Origin: Rhodoligotrophos ferricapiens
GTDB taxonomy: Bacteria; Pseudomonadota; Alphaproteobacteria; Rhizobiales; Im1
Direction of reading: 5' to 3'
DNA: 32,000 nucleotides
NCBI RefSeq assembly: GCF_038811545.1
Contig: NZ_CP133319.1
Coordinates: forward strand, 1,795,516-1,827,515
Each line of letters starts with the position of its first letter. Positions within the stretch are counted from its first letter, which is position 1. Below, in pieces: positions 14,926 through 23,639 of the stretch. The notes beneath the pieces are model-generated. The model was not told the DNA's origin. It did not search any database and worked only from the letters and a program-made list of their open reading frames with translations. A program made the position numbers and the translations under genes.

Positions 14926-16428
14926 CTAGCCGGTGATATGCGCTCCAAGCGGCTTCGTTGCAGGGCCATGGATAACCTCGCCGCTCAGTTCGAAACGCGA
15001 TCCATGGCAGGGGCAGTCCCAGGTCCGGTCGGTCTCGTTCCAGCCCACGATGCAGCCCATATGGCTGCACACGGCCGAGACCGCATGCACCTGTCCTTGC
15101 TCGTCCCTGAACGCAGCAACGGTCTCACCATCGATCTTCATGATGGCAGCCTCGCCAGGCGCAAGCTCATCGAAAGATTTCGGCTTGCGCGAGAGATAGC
15201 CTGTCACGAGGTGAGCGGCGACCCCGGCATTCTCCTTCAGGAACTCGCCAGCCCCAGCGAGCGGCTTCACCCGGCTCGCATCGAAGAGCTCGAGCCACCG
15301 GTTCTCCTGGCCCGTGGCGAGATCGGCCAGGATCATCGCCGCCGCCGTGCCATTGGTGATGCCCCAGGCCTTGAAGCCCGTCGCCACCAGATAGCCATCC
15401 CTCTTGGAGGACGACCAGCCGATGAAGGGCGCGCTGTCCATGGGTGTGTAGTCTTCATTCACCCATCGATATTCGACGGGGCCCGCCTCGAAATTCGCCT
15501 TCAGCCAGTCCTCGATATCCGCGAAATATCTCCGCTCCTCATCCGTATGGCCGGGCTTGAACCCCGACCCCGCGACGATCGCATAGATCTCGCCATTCTC
15601 TCGGACATGCGTGCGGATGGAATGGCTCGGCTGCTCGGCACTTATATACATGCCCTCCTGCGCGCGGGAGACCCGGGCCGCGATCACCGGCTCCGCGTAA
15701 GGATAGGCTTGCGCATAATAGCCACCCACCTGCCCCAGTGGCAGATGCGTGGCCATCACCACATGCCGCGCCTTGATGGTCCCCTTCTCCGTGACCACGC
15801 GCGTCGGCTCCCAGTCGAGCGCCCGGCTGTTCTCGAACACATGGCACCCGTCCCCTGGGATGGTCCCAGCGAGACCCGCGACATATTTCGTCGGATGGAA
15901 CTGCGCCTGATGATCGAAGCGCATGGCGGCGCGCACATCGAAGGGCAGGTCGGTCTCGCGGGTGAGGCTTGCCGGAAGTCCGAGCCGTTGCGCGATCGCG
16001 ACTTCCGTCTCGAGCTGGCTCACATAGCTCTCATCGAGCGTATAGGTATAGGCGGGCTTGGTCTCGATATCGCAATCGATCCCGTGCGTCGCGGCAAGGG
16101 TGCTGATCTGCCTCAGAGCTGTCTCCTGCGCCTCGCCATAGAGCCGCGCGCGATCCTCGCCAAATTTTTGCTCGAGCGTCTGATAGATGATCTTGTGCTG
16201 AGAGGTGATCTTCGCTGTCGACTTTCCCGTCACCTGCCGGCCAACTCTGCGCGCTTCGATCACAGCAACCGTGAGGCCGCGGTCTTTCAGCAACCGGGCC
16301 GTGGTGATCCCGACGATACCACCGCCGATGATTGCGATATCGACGTCGAGGTCACCGGCGAGCGACGGAAAGCTTGCGGATGATGCGGTGGAATTCCAGT
16401 AGCTGCGATTATGGGACGAGGCGGGCAT
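14926..16428 (-). CDS. FAD-dependent oxidoreductase (DAO-type) fused to a C-terminal Rieske [2Fe-2S] domain (YhfW-like), substrate unknown
   Basis: 500 aa. N-terminal dinucleotide fold DIAIIGGGIVGITTARLL. C-terminal Rieske ligand motifs CSHMGC and CPCHGS. Confidence 0.85.
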   Translation of the reverse strand: MPASSHNRSYWNSTASSASFPSLAGDLDVDIAIIGGGIVGITTARLLKDRGLTVAVIEARRVGRQVTGKSTAKITSQHKIIYQTLEQKFGEDRARLYGEAQETALRQISTLAATHGIDCDIETKPAYTYTLDESYVSQLETEVAIAQRLGLPASLTRETDLPFDVRAAMRFDHQAQFHPTKYVAGLAGTIPGDGCHVFENSRALDWEPTRVVTEKGTIKARHVVMATHLPLGQVGGYYAQAYPYAEPVIAARVSRAQEGMYISAEQPSHSIRTHVRENGEIYAIVAGSGFKPGHTDEERRYFADIEDWLKANFEAGPVEYRWVNEDYTPMDSAPFIGWSSSKRDGYLVATGFKAWGITNGTAAAMILADLATGQENRWLELFDASRVKPLAGAGEFLKENAGVAAHLVTGYLSRKPKSFDELAPGEAAIMKIDGETVAAFRDEQGQVHAVSAVCSHMGCIVGWNETDRTWDCPCHGSRFELSGEVIHGPATKPLGAHITG

Positions 16429-16435
16429 GTCATTC

Positions 16436-16462
16436 TCCAGCGCTTTTCCATGAAGCGCTGGA
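16436..16462 (-). promoter_or_regulatory. 10 bp stem / 7 nt loop hairpin whose 3' arm contains most of the Shine-Dalgarno of the FAD-Rieske gene
   Basis: + strand TCCAGCGCTT-ttccatg-AAGCGCTGGA. On the mRNA strand the 3' arm AAGCGCUGGA is followed by GAAUGAC-AUG, so three of the four GGAG nucleotides are base-paired. It lies 42 nt after the DUF3750 stop. No U tract. Confidence 0.35.
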
Positions 16463-16503
16463 ATTGTCCGGCCGTTCCCGAGACGAAAGAAGCACCCGCC
16501 GAG

Positions 16504-17403
16504 TCAATCGCCGGCCGTGCGCACCATGGTTTCGTTCCTGGTCGAGCGCTCGTCCCCATCTCCGCCAGCCGAGAGCTCGACGGCCGAAAGCTGAGTGGTC
16601 CCCGAAGGTCCCGCATCGTCGTCGGAAACGGGCGCCTGTGCCGGCAGGCCGATGCGGCCAAATCCTGGCAGCTTGATCGCCGGTCGTCTCAAGTCCACCC
16701 CCAACACCCCGCCAAGGAGATTGATCTCAAAACCCTCGTACCACCCGATGGTCAACCCGGCATAGCCTCCCAGGCTGATGCGGAACCCGAGCCCTGAGGG
16801 TACCCGCGCAAACCAGTGACCGTCATACGGATAGTCCTTGCCGATCGCGGTCGGCGGCAAGACCGCATTGAGGCCGGGCACGCTGGCGATCACCGCGGCG
16901 ACGAATGTGTTCGAGTTGGGCCCGGGCCAGATGCGATAATCCCCATAATCCCCGTAGCGGTAAGTCTCGACTGCCTTGCGGATGCCGGGGATCAGTCGCT
17001 CGGCCGCAGCCCCATCGGCTGCGAACACCGTCTCGGGCACGCCGCCGAACCAGCGGGCATCCGCGGCATAGCCATTGACGCGCAAGGGCTTGCCCCAGCC
17101 CACCACGTCATAGCGCTCATAGGAGCTGGCGCCGCGATCCTTCACAACGATCCAGCTATGGACGGCAAAGATCCCCTTCCAGCGCCCGGTGCGCGCTGCA
17201 TAGATCCGCACCATCGCCTCCTGATGCGCCCGCGCGGCAGGCAGCAGGCCGGCGCTTGACCAGTCGGCATCTCGCCAGCTGCGCGGCCACCCCTCTTTCC
17301 AGTAGAGCGCGCCATGCACGGCCAGAGGGGCTGCGAACAGCAGGAGAAATGCGACTGTAATGTATTTAGCAAAGGACAACATTGGCTGGGCTAAGATAAG
17401 CAT
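16504..17403 (-). CDS. DUF3750-family membrane-anchored protein, function unknown
   Basis: N-terminal hydrophobic anchor YITVAFLLLFAAPLAV, then WRDADWSSAGLLP, RTGRWKGIFAVHSWIVVK and YRIWPGPNSNTFVAAVI, which I remember as DUF3750 hallmarks. Acidic disordered C-tail. Start uncertain (TTG 17448, ATG 17403 or ATG 17382); none has a clear SD. Confidence 0.6.
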   Translation of the reverse strand: MLILAQPMLSFAKYITVAFLLLFAAPLAVHGALYWKEGWPRSWRDADWSSAGLLPAARAHQEAMVRIYAARTGRWKGIFAVHSWIVVKDRGASSYERYDVVGWGKPLRVNGYAADARWFGGVPETVFAADGAAAERLIPGIRKAVETYRYGDYGDYRIWPGPNSNTFVAAVIASVPGLNAVLPPTAIGKDYPYDGHWFARVPSGLGFRISLGGYAGLTIGWYEGFEINLLGGVLGVDLRRPAIKLPGFGRIGLPAQAPVSDDDAGPSGTTQLSAVELSAGGDGDERSTRNETMVRTAGD

Positions 17404-17467
17404 GATCCGAGGCGACCGGTAGATTCGCTGATCGGTGGGAACGGACAAATCAAAGATCCGGCATTAG

Positions 17468-18826
17468 GTGGGCGCCCCGGTGTTCGATAGATATTACCGC
17501 AACAGGCTTGCGGCTGACCTGAACCTGTGGCGCGACCGCGGCTGGGTGACCCCCGAAGCAGCAGCCGCCATTCTTGCCTCCGTTCCGGCGCCCGGTCGAA
17601 CGCTGACACTTTCCGGTATCATTGCCACCCTGGGAGGCCTGCTGCTCGGCGCGGCGGCCATCGCCTTTGTCGCAGCGAACTGGGAAGGCATGGCGCCGTT
17701 CCTCCGCTTCCTTCTGCTCCTGGCAGCCCTTGCCGCAGCCTATGGCGCGGCCGCCTGGCTGAAGCATCGCGACCACCCCGCCTTGAGCGACGCCATGGTG
17801 CTGGTCGCTTGCCTCGTCTTTGCCGCAGCCATCGCCCTTGTCGGCCAGGCCTATAACCTGGCTGGCGAATTTCGCGACGCGGTATTGTTTTGGACCATTG
17901 GCTGCTTTGGCGCGGCACTGCTGACCCGCGCGACGTCCGCCACGATCATGAGCCTGGTCGGTGTCTCGGTCTGGGCCTTTCTGACCACAACCGAGCTCAA
18001 CACGGTGCCCCATTGGGCAAGCCTTGCCCTGCTGCTCGCGGTCGGCCTCTTCGCCCTTTGGCTCGACAAGACGCTCGCGCGCGCCTTCACGGCCGCACTC
18101 GTTTTCTGGGTCGGGCTCACCCTCATCACGCTCACCGAGGCCGTCGACTGGCCCTATATCGGTGGCCTTGCTCTGAGCGCTGCAGTCGCCCTGTTCTTCT
18201 GGTCGCTGGGAGCTTTTCTCGCCGGTCTGGCGGGCAGCGAGCCATGGCCTGAACGCTTGCGGGCTCTCGGCCGAGCGCTCGCATGGCCATCGCTTGTCGG
18301 CCTTCTCCTCGCGCTGTTCATGATGCAGTTCCTGTTCGATGAGACCAGGGCCGAGGCACTGGGCTGGCTGCTGCCGGCGATCATCGCCGCTCTTGCCGCA
18401 GGCTTGGTCGCCCTCTTGGCCGTAAAGCGCGGCATGCTCTCTCTGGCGCACAGTGTGATCGGGCTGATGATCGTGCTCTGCGCCATTCTTTTCGCCTATT
18501 GGCAGACGACAAACGGTGTCCCGGCGGGAAATGACGCGACCCTGAGCGAGCCAGGACTATGGTCCCGCCTGGTGATAGCATTCATCATTCTCTGTGCAAG
18601 CCTTTGGCTGGTGGCGCTCGCCCAAACCGCCTCTGGCCAGTATGTCCACGGACTCGGCCTCATCGCCTTCGGCGCGGAGGTGCTTTACGTCTATATCGAA
18701 ACCTTGGGCACGCTGATCGACACGGCCTTGGGCTTCCTGATCGGCGGCATCCTCTTGATCGCGCTTTCATTCGCGCTGCTGAGGCTCGATCGCTGGTTGC
18801 GCAGCACGAGGAGCCTACAGCCATGA
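17468..18826 (+). CDS. DUF2157-type polytopic inner-membrane protein, function unknown
   Basis: 452 aa. A soluble N-terminal helix (YYRNRLAADLNLWRDRGWVTPEAAAAIL) is followed by roughly a dozen hydrophobic segments, including AAIAFVAANWEGM typical of DUF2157. Start is GTG 17468 or GTG 17480, the latter preceded by AGGTGG. Confidence 0.62.
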   Translation: MGAPVFDRYYRNRLAADLNLWRDRGWVTPEAAAAILASVPAPGRTLTLSGIIATLGGLLLGAAAIAFVAANWEGMAPFLRFLLLLAALAAAYGAAAWLKHRDHPALSDAMVLVACLVFAAAIALVGQAYNLAGEFRDAVLFWTIGCFGAALLTRATSATIMSLVGVSVWAFLTTTELNTVPHWASLALLLAVGLFALWLDKTLARAFTAALVFWVGLTLITLTEAVDWPYIGGLALSAAVALFFWSLGAFLAGLAGSEPWPERLRALGRALAWPSLVGLLLALFMMQFLFDETRAEALGWLLPAIIAALAAGLVALLAVKRGMLSLAHSVIGLMIVLCAILFAYWQTTNGVPAGNDATLSEPGLWSRLVIAFIILCASLWLVALAQTASGQYVHGLGLIAFGAEVLYVYIETLGTLIDTALGFLIGGILLIALSFALLRLDRWLRSTRSLQP

Positions 18827-19437
18827 CCGGCCGGCTCACCCGCATTGGCTTCGTGCTGGCTTTCCTGCTCCAGGCGGCGCTCCTGTCCTGGATGATCGTG
18901 GGCCGCGCCATGCTCCTCGCCAACGGCACCGAAGTGCGCCTGGCCGTCGTGCCTGTCGACCCTCGCGACTTCCTGCGCGGCGATTATGTGGTCCTCGCCT
19001 ATGACATTTCGACACTCGATCCGGCGAAGCTGGCGGGCGATGACAGCTTCAATGTCGATGACCCCATCTACGTGGCGCTGGTGCCGGCATCCGCGCCCTC
19101 TCCATCCGCGCCCACGGAGACGGCGCCCGCTGACCCTGTTTGGCAAGCATCTGCGCTCTACCATGCCTATCCCCCCGATGCCGCGGGGCCGGTGCTGCGT
19201 GGCCGGGTCAGCGGCACCCTCGACCGGTCGGGCTGTACCCAGCCCCCCTGCCAGGAATATCGTGTGGACTATGGCCTCGAGAAATTCTTTGTTCCCGAGG
19301 GTGAAGGCCGTGCGCTGGAGCAGCTTCGCAATGACGAGAAGCTGACCGCCGACATTGCTGTCGGCAGCAATGGCGCCGCCGTCCTCAAACGGCTCCGCGT
19401 GAATGGCGACATCCGCTACGAAGCGGGCCTCTTCTGA
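18823..19437 (+). CDS. GDYXXLXY-domain protein (N-terminal membrane anchor, predicted periplasmic domain), function unknown
   Basis: ATGA overlap with the DUF2157 stop. N-terminal TM segment IGFVLAFLLQAALLSWMIV. Literal motif RGDYVVLAYDI, plus a C-terminal YGLEKFFVPEG. Track start 18559 rejected as an upstream read-through inside the preceding gene. Confidence 0.75.
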   Translation: MTGRLTRIGFVLAFLLQAALLSWMIVGRAMLLANGTEVRLAVVPVDPRDFLRGDYVVLAYDISTLDPAKLAGDDSFNVDDPIYVALVPASAPSPSAPTETAPADPVWQASALYHAYPPDAAGPVLRGRVSGTLDRSGCTQPPCQEYRVDYGLEKFFVPEGEGRALEQLRNDEKLTADIAVGSNGAAVLKRLRVNGDIRYEAGLF

Positions 19438-19459
19438 TCCCGCAGTCGCGTCCCGTCCC

Positions 19460-20170
19460 TCAGAACGAGGCTGAAGCCGGGGTGATCAGATCCTCGATCT
19501 TCTCTGGAACCTTGCGAGGCTGGCTGGCGGGCGCGGTGACGGGCAATGGCGCAGGGCTTGCCTGCAGGTCGGCGGGTTGGGAAACGGGTTGAACCACGGG
19601 CGTGATCGCTGGGCTGACAGGCTTGGCCGAAGCAACCCGCGTCGCGTCCCTGTTCGGGCGGCCCGCGCCCCGGATGTAGAAGGCGTTCCCGCCGGCCACC
19701 GCCACATAGTGCATATTCTTATAAGGGAAACGCAGGCCGGCTTGATGGAAGAACATGGCCTCCCCGAGCTTCGGGTGCCGTTTTCCTGCCAGCACCGCAT
19801 CTGCAACCTGTTCCACTCGCGGAAGATCGCGCGGATTCATCTTGCGGCTCAAAACCCCCGCGGCGAACTGGTTCCTTTGGCCGACAACCCCACAGATCGT
19901 GTCGGGATAATTCGGCGAATTCACGCGATTCATCACCACGGTGCCCACCGCCAGCAACCCGTCTTCGCTGGAGCGATGGGACTCGAAATACATGGCTCGG
20001 ATGAGGCAATCACGCTCTTTGGCGGGAGTAGCCGATGCTGGGGTAACGCTTGCACCAAGGCTCGCTGTGTTTAGGCGCCCTGTCGGGGACAATGGACCGC
20101 ATGCGCTAAGAATAGAGGCCAGAGCCAAGACCACGACACCCGACTTGAACAGCCGCTGAGACTTCCCCAT
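19460..20170 (-). CDS. SleB-type cell-wall hydrolase (Hydrolase_2 family) lipoprotein with Pro/Ala-rich C-terminal tail
   Basis: MGKSQRLFKSGVVVLALASILSAC provides a signal peptide and LSAC lipobox. Core: AMYFESHRSSEDGLLAVGTVVMNRVNSPNYPDTICGVVGQRNQFA. Start moved from GTG 20200 to ATG 20170. Confidence 0.8.
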   Translation of the reverse strand: MGKSQRLFKSGVVVLALASILSACGPLSPTGRLNTASLGASVTPASATPAKERDCLIRAMYFESHRSSEDGLLAVGTVVMNRVNSPNYPDTICGVVGQRNQFAAGVLSRKMNPRDLPRVEQVADAVLAGKRHPKLGEAMFFHQAGLRFPYKNMHYVAVAGGNAFYIRGAGRPNRDATRVASAKPVSPAITPVVQPVSQPADLQASPAPLPVTAPASQPRKVPEKIEDLITPASASF

Positions 20171-20444
20171 CACTGCCCTTCTCACTCCAACTCGGCCCAC
20201 CCAGACCGATTTGCATCAAGACCCAAGGCAGCTTTACAAATCGTAAAGATTCACCGAAGCGGCCTGCATTGCCCCCGCTCCATGAGGAACGTGGCCCGAT
20301 GCGCGATATGTGAACGAAGACCCCGCTCGTCCCGCTCACCGTGAAGAGACACGCAGATTGGGGCGATACTGTGTCGATCAGGTGAACAGCCACATTTCGG
20401 CCGACTCGATTAACTGCGTGTTCTGACGGGGAAACGAGAACGCC

Positions 20445-21236
20445 CTAAGCGAGCCAGCGCTTACGGCGGCGATAGTGCTTCACCGCGTGGTAGTCGACCT
20501 TCTGGGCACCGCCGAGATAGGCATCCTGCACATCAGGATTGGAGCGCATGACCTCCGCCGGCCCGCTCATCACCACCCGGCCGTTCTCGATGAGATAGGC
20601 GGAATGGGCGATATCGAGCGCCGCAGCCGCATTCTGCTCGACCAGCAGAATGCCGACACCGGTCTCCTGGTTGATGCGCTTGATGGTCTCGAAGATCTCG
20701 TCGACGAGGAAAGGCGCGAGCCCCAGGCTCGGCTCGTCCAGCAGGATGAGCTTGGGCTCGGTCATGAGCGCCCGGGCAATGGCCAGCATCTGCTGCTCGC
20801 CCCCGGAGAGATAGCCGGCCTTCGCCTTGGCGCGATCCGCAAGCCGGGGGAACAGCGCGAACATCTTGTCCATCAATTCCCGCGTCTTCGCCCGATCGCG
20901 GTGCATGGACGTGGCGGCGAGCATGTTCTCCGCTGGTGTCAGATGCCCGAACACACGCCGCCCCTCCAGCACATGCACGATCCCGAGCCGCACCCGCTGT
21001 GGCGGATCAAGATCGGCGATGCTGGCGCCCTGGAAGGCGATATCGCCACGGGTGACCAGCCCGCGTTCCGGCTTCAGGAGGCCGCTGATTGCCTTCAGCA
21101 CCGTGCTTTTTCCGGCACCATTGGCCCCGAGCAGGCCAACGAGCCCGCTCTCGGGCACCTCGATCGAGACGCCTTTGACCGCGAGGAACACCCGGTCATA
21201 GACCACCTCGATATTGTTCAGGCTCAGCAGCGACAA
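20445..21236 (-). CDS. Branched-chain-type ABC transporter ATP-binding protein (LivF-like)
   Basis: Walker A GANGAGKST, signature LSGGEQQML, Walker B LILLDEPS. Preferred start is TTG 21236, preceded by GAGGAGG with a 5 nt spacer. The track start 21281 is also a TTG and directly abuts the upstream stop. Confidence 0.85.
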   Translation of the reverse strand: MSLLSLNNIEVVYDRVFLAVKGVSIEVPESGLVGLLGANGAGKSTVLKAISGLLKPERGLVTRGDIAFQGASIADLDPPQRVRLGIVHVLEGRRVFGHLTPAENMLAATSMHRDRAKTRELMDKMFALFPRLADRAKAKAGYLSGGEQQMLAIARALMTEPKLILLDEPSLGLAPFLVDEIFETIKRINQETGVGILLVEQNAAAALDIAHSAYLIENGRVVMSGPAEVMRSNPDVQDAYLGGAQKVDYHAVKHYRRRKRWLA

Positions 21237-21281
21237 TGAAGCCTCCTCACCTCGCGATTGCGGACAGCAATCACCCGGCAA

Positions 21282-22544
21282 CTACTTCCCGGTCTTGGCG
21301 AATTCCTGGGAGTATTTTTTGATCTCCTCCCAGACCACGTCCTGATTGGCCGTGAACCAATCTGTTTCCGGCACGAACTTCTCGCCATCCCAGCGCGAGA
21401 CGCGGCCCATGCCACCGCCTTGATGATCTTCGGGCGTCACCGTCGTCGGCGGAATGAACCCATCGAGCGTGAAGTCCTTGATCGAGACGAGGCCCTGGTT
21501 GAGCCATGGCCCGTCGATCGGCCCATTGGGGTTCTTCTCGAAGGCCATGCGTACGCCTTCGACCATGACGGATGCGAGCATCACCCCATAATTGTAGTAG
21601 TTGGTGCCAACCTTGTCCTCGGGCCCTGCCCCCTTGCCCGGCTGCAGCACCTCCTTGAGAATGTCCTGGATCACCTTCGGCTCACGACCAGACTCGCACG
21701 GGTCGAACTTCAACACCCCGACCGCCTGGTCCCTGCCGACCACATCCATGTCCGACTGCGACAGCCACACGCTCGAGGAGACGCGATCCATCGGCAGACC
21801 GTTGCGGATCGCCTCGGTCAGCGCCACGGTCTGGCCGACGCCGGCTCCCCAGAACATCACCCAATCCGGCCGCGCTCGCCGCACCTGCGGCCAGATCGCC
21901 GATTGGTCATTGCCCGGCGGGGTATAGGGGAAGGCCTGCAGCTCGAAGCCAAATTTCTGGCCGAGCTTCTCAACGATCGGCAGCGGCTCCTTGCCGAAGG
22001 GCGTATCGATATGGACGAAGCAGATCTTCTTGCCCTTGAGGTCTCCATCCTTCTGCCGGAAGAAGTCGATGAGCAATGCCGCCTGGGTCCAGTAATTGGG
22101 CGACAGCGGGAAGATATAGGGGAATACCGTACCATCCGCCGCGTCACTGCGGCCGGAGAAGGCTGTCACCATATTGATCTTGTCCTGCAGCACCCGAGGA
22201 ACCAGCGCCCGCGCAACCGGCGTCGACAACGGGTCGACCAACACTGCCCCCTGGGTCTTCGCCCGCTCATAAGCCTCGATCGCCCGCGGCAGGTCATTGC
22301 CATGATCCGAGACATCTAGCGCAATCGTATAGCCATTGATACCGCCGCGGCCATTGATGAGGCTGATATAATCACGCTGCCCCTGGCTATATTCCGCCGT
22401 TACAAAGGTATAAATGCGGGTGAAATCCTGAGGCATCGCAAACCGAATCACCTTTTCCTGTGCCGATGCGACGCCGATCTTCACATTGGATGCAAGCGCC
22501 GCGGCCGCGGCACCTGCTAAAAGGCTACGACGACTGATCTCCAT
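21282..22544 (-). CDS. Periplasmic substrate-binding protein of a Liv-type ABC transporter (type I PBP)
   Basis: MEISRRSLLAGAAAAALASNVKIGVASAQ is a twin-arginine-like signal. The mature part has LivK/Peripla_BP_6-like architecture. ATG 22544 is preceded by GGAGG at a 7 nt spacer, so it is preferred over 22559. Confidence 0.83.
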   Translation of the reverse strand: MEISRRSLLAGAAAAALASNVKIGVASAQEKVIRFAMPQDFTRIYTFVTAEYSQGQRDYISLINGRGGINGYTIALDVSDHGNDLPRAIEAYERAKTQGAVLVDPLSTPVARALVPRVLQDKINMVTAFSGRSDAADGTVFPYIFPLSPNYWTQAALLIDFFRQKDGDLKGKKICFVHIDTPFGKEPLPIVEKLGQKFGFELQAFPYTPPGNDQSAIWPQVRRARPDWVMFWGAGVGQTVALTEAIRNGLPMDRVSSSVWLSQSDMDVVGRDQAVGVLKFDPCESGREPKVIQDILKEVLQPGKGAGPEDKVGTNYYNYGVMLASVMVEGVRMAFEKNPNGPIDGPWLNQGLVSIKDFTLDGFIPPTTVTPEDHQGGGMGRVSRWDGEKFVPETDWFTANQDVVWEEIKKYSQEFAKTGK

Positions 22545-22565
22545 CTTGCTTCCTCCCATTCTGCT

Positions 22566-23639
22566 CTATCGTTGTGCATGCCGGAATGGCCAGACGAGCA
22601 GGTAGTTTCTGAAATTGTTGTAGATCTTGGCGAGGCCCAACGGCTCCCACAGAAGGAAGCCGATGATCAGCGCGCCATAGAGCACCAGCGGCACATGCGC
22701 GCGCAGATCGGTCGAGATGGCGAGGCCGAAAGTTGAGGCCATCGCGCCGATGAGATTATTGAGGATGATCGGCGCGAACAGGATCAGGCCAGCACCGAAG
22801 AATGAGCCGAGCACACTGCCGAGACCGCCGACGATGACCATGGCGACCAGCTGGATCGAGAGCTCGATATGGAACTGATCGGGCGAGATCGAACGCAGAT
22901 AGCACACCGCCAGCACCGCCCCGACAACGCCACCGATGAACGAGCTCGTCCAAAAGGCCAGCAGCTTGTACTTGAAGGTGCTGACCCCGATCACCTCCGC
23001 GGCGTAATCCTTCTCGCGCACCGCGGCGAGCGCGCGCCCGAAGCTCGTTCGCTGCACATTGAGCATGAACAGGGTGACGATGGCGCAGATGATCAGCGCG
23101 ACGAAATAGGTCCGGATGTCCCCGACCACCGGCACGCCGAGAAAGCTGACCGGCGGCACCGCGATCGAGGCCAGCGATCCACCGGAGATCGCGGGAAAAT
23201 GCGAGATGACGAAATCGACGATATATTGCATGGCGAGCGTGGCCATCGCGAGATAGAGGCCTTTGACCCTGAGCGCCGCGGCACCGAAGATGATGCCGAT
23301 CACGGCGCTCATCAGCCCGCCGGCGATCATCGCGATCTCGAAGGGCACGCCTGCCAGCACGAGATGCACAGCCGTATAGGCCCCGATCGCCATCACCGCC
23401 CCGTAGCCGAGATGGATCTGCCCGGCGGTCCCCATGAGGAAATTGAGCCCCAGCGCTGCCGTCGACCAGATGATCCACGGCAGAAGGTAGCTCGACAGAT
23501 AGAGCGGTCCGACCACGAAGGGCGCGATGACCAGCAGCACGGCAATCGCAACCACCAGCCCCTTGTCGAAGGGCAATGGCCAGAGCTGCCGCTCGTCCTG
23601 ATATCGCGTGTGCCTGATGCCGGCGCGGCGGTAAAGCAT
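22566..23639 (-). CDS. Liv-type ABC transporter permease (LivM-like)
   Basis: 357 aa, highly hydrophobic multi-span protein with LivM-like pattern (GQIHLGYGAVMAIGAYT). 1 nt overlap with the upstream permease gene. Confidence 0.85.
   Translation of the reverse strand: MLYRRAGIRHTRYQDERQLWPLPFDKGLVVAIAVLLVIAPFVVGPLYLSSYLLPWIIWSTAALGLNFLMGTAGQIHLGYGAVMAIGAYTAVHLVLAGVPFEIAMIAGGLMSAVIGIIFGAAALRVKGLYLAMATLAMQYIVDFVISHFPAISGGSLASIAVPPVSFLGVPVVGDIRTYFVALIICAIVTLFMLNVQRTSFGRALAAVREKDYAAEVIGVSTFKYKLLAFWTSSFIGGVVGAVLAVCYLRSISPDQFHIELSIQLVAMVIVGGLGSVLGSFFGAGLILFAPIILNNLIGAMASTFGLAISTDLRAHVPLVLYGALIIGFLLWEPLGLAKIYNNFRNYLLVWPFRHAQR

Noticed and set aside
14359-16383. Very long + strand ORF (674 aa) opposite the FAD-Rieske gene. 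Similar long antisense ORFs occur at 8669..9982, 22869..24380, 24727..25971, 21258..22319, 17450..18451, 809..1645, 11376..12212 and 12098..12919.
   Set aside because: These are typical GC-rich shadow ORFs. Their translations are Arg/His/Asp/Gly/Pro-rich low-complexity strings with no recognisable family motifs. The opposite strand in each case encodes a protein with clear family signatures.
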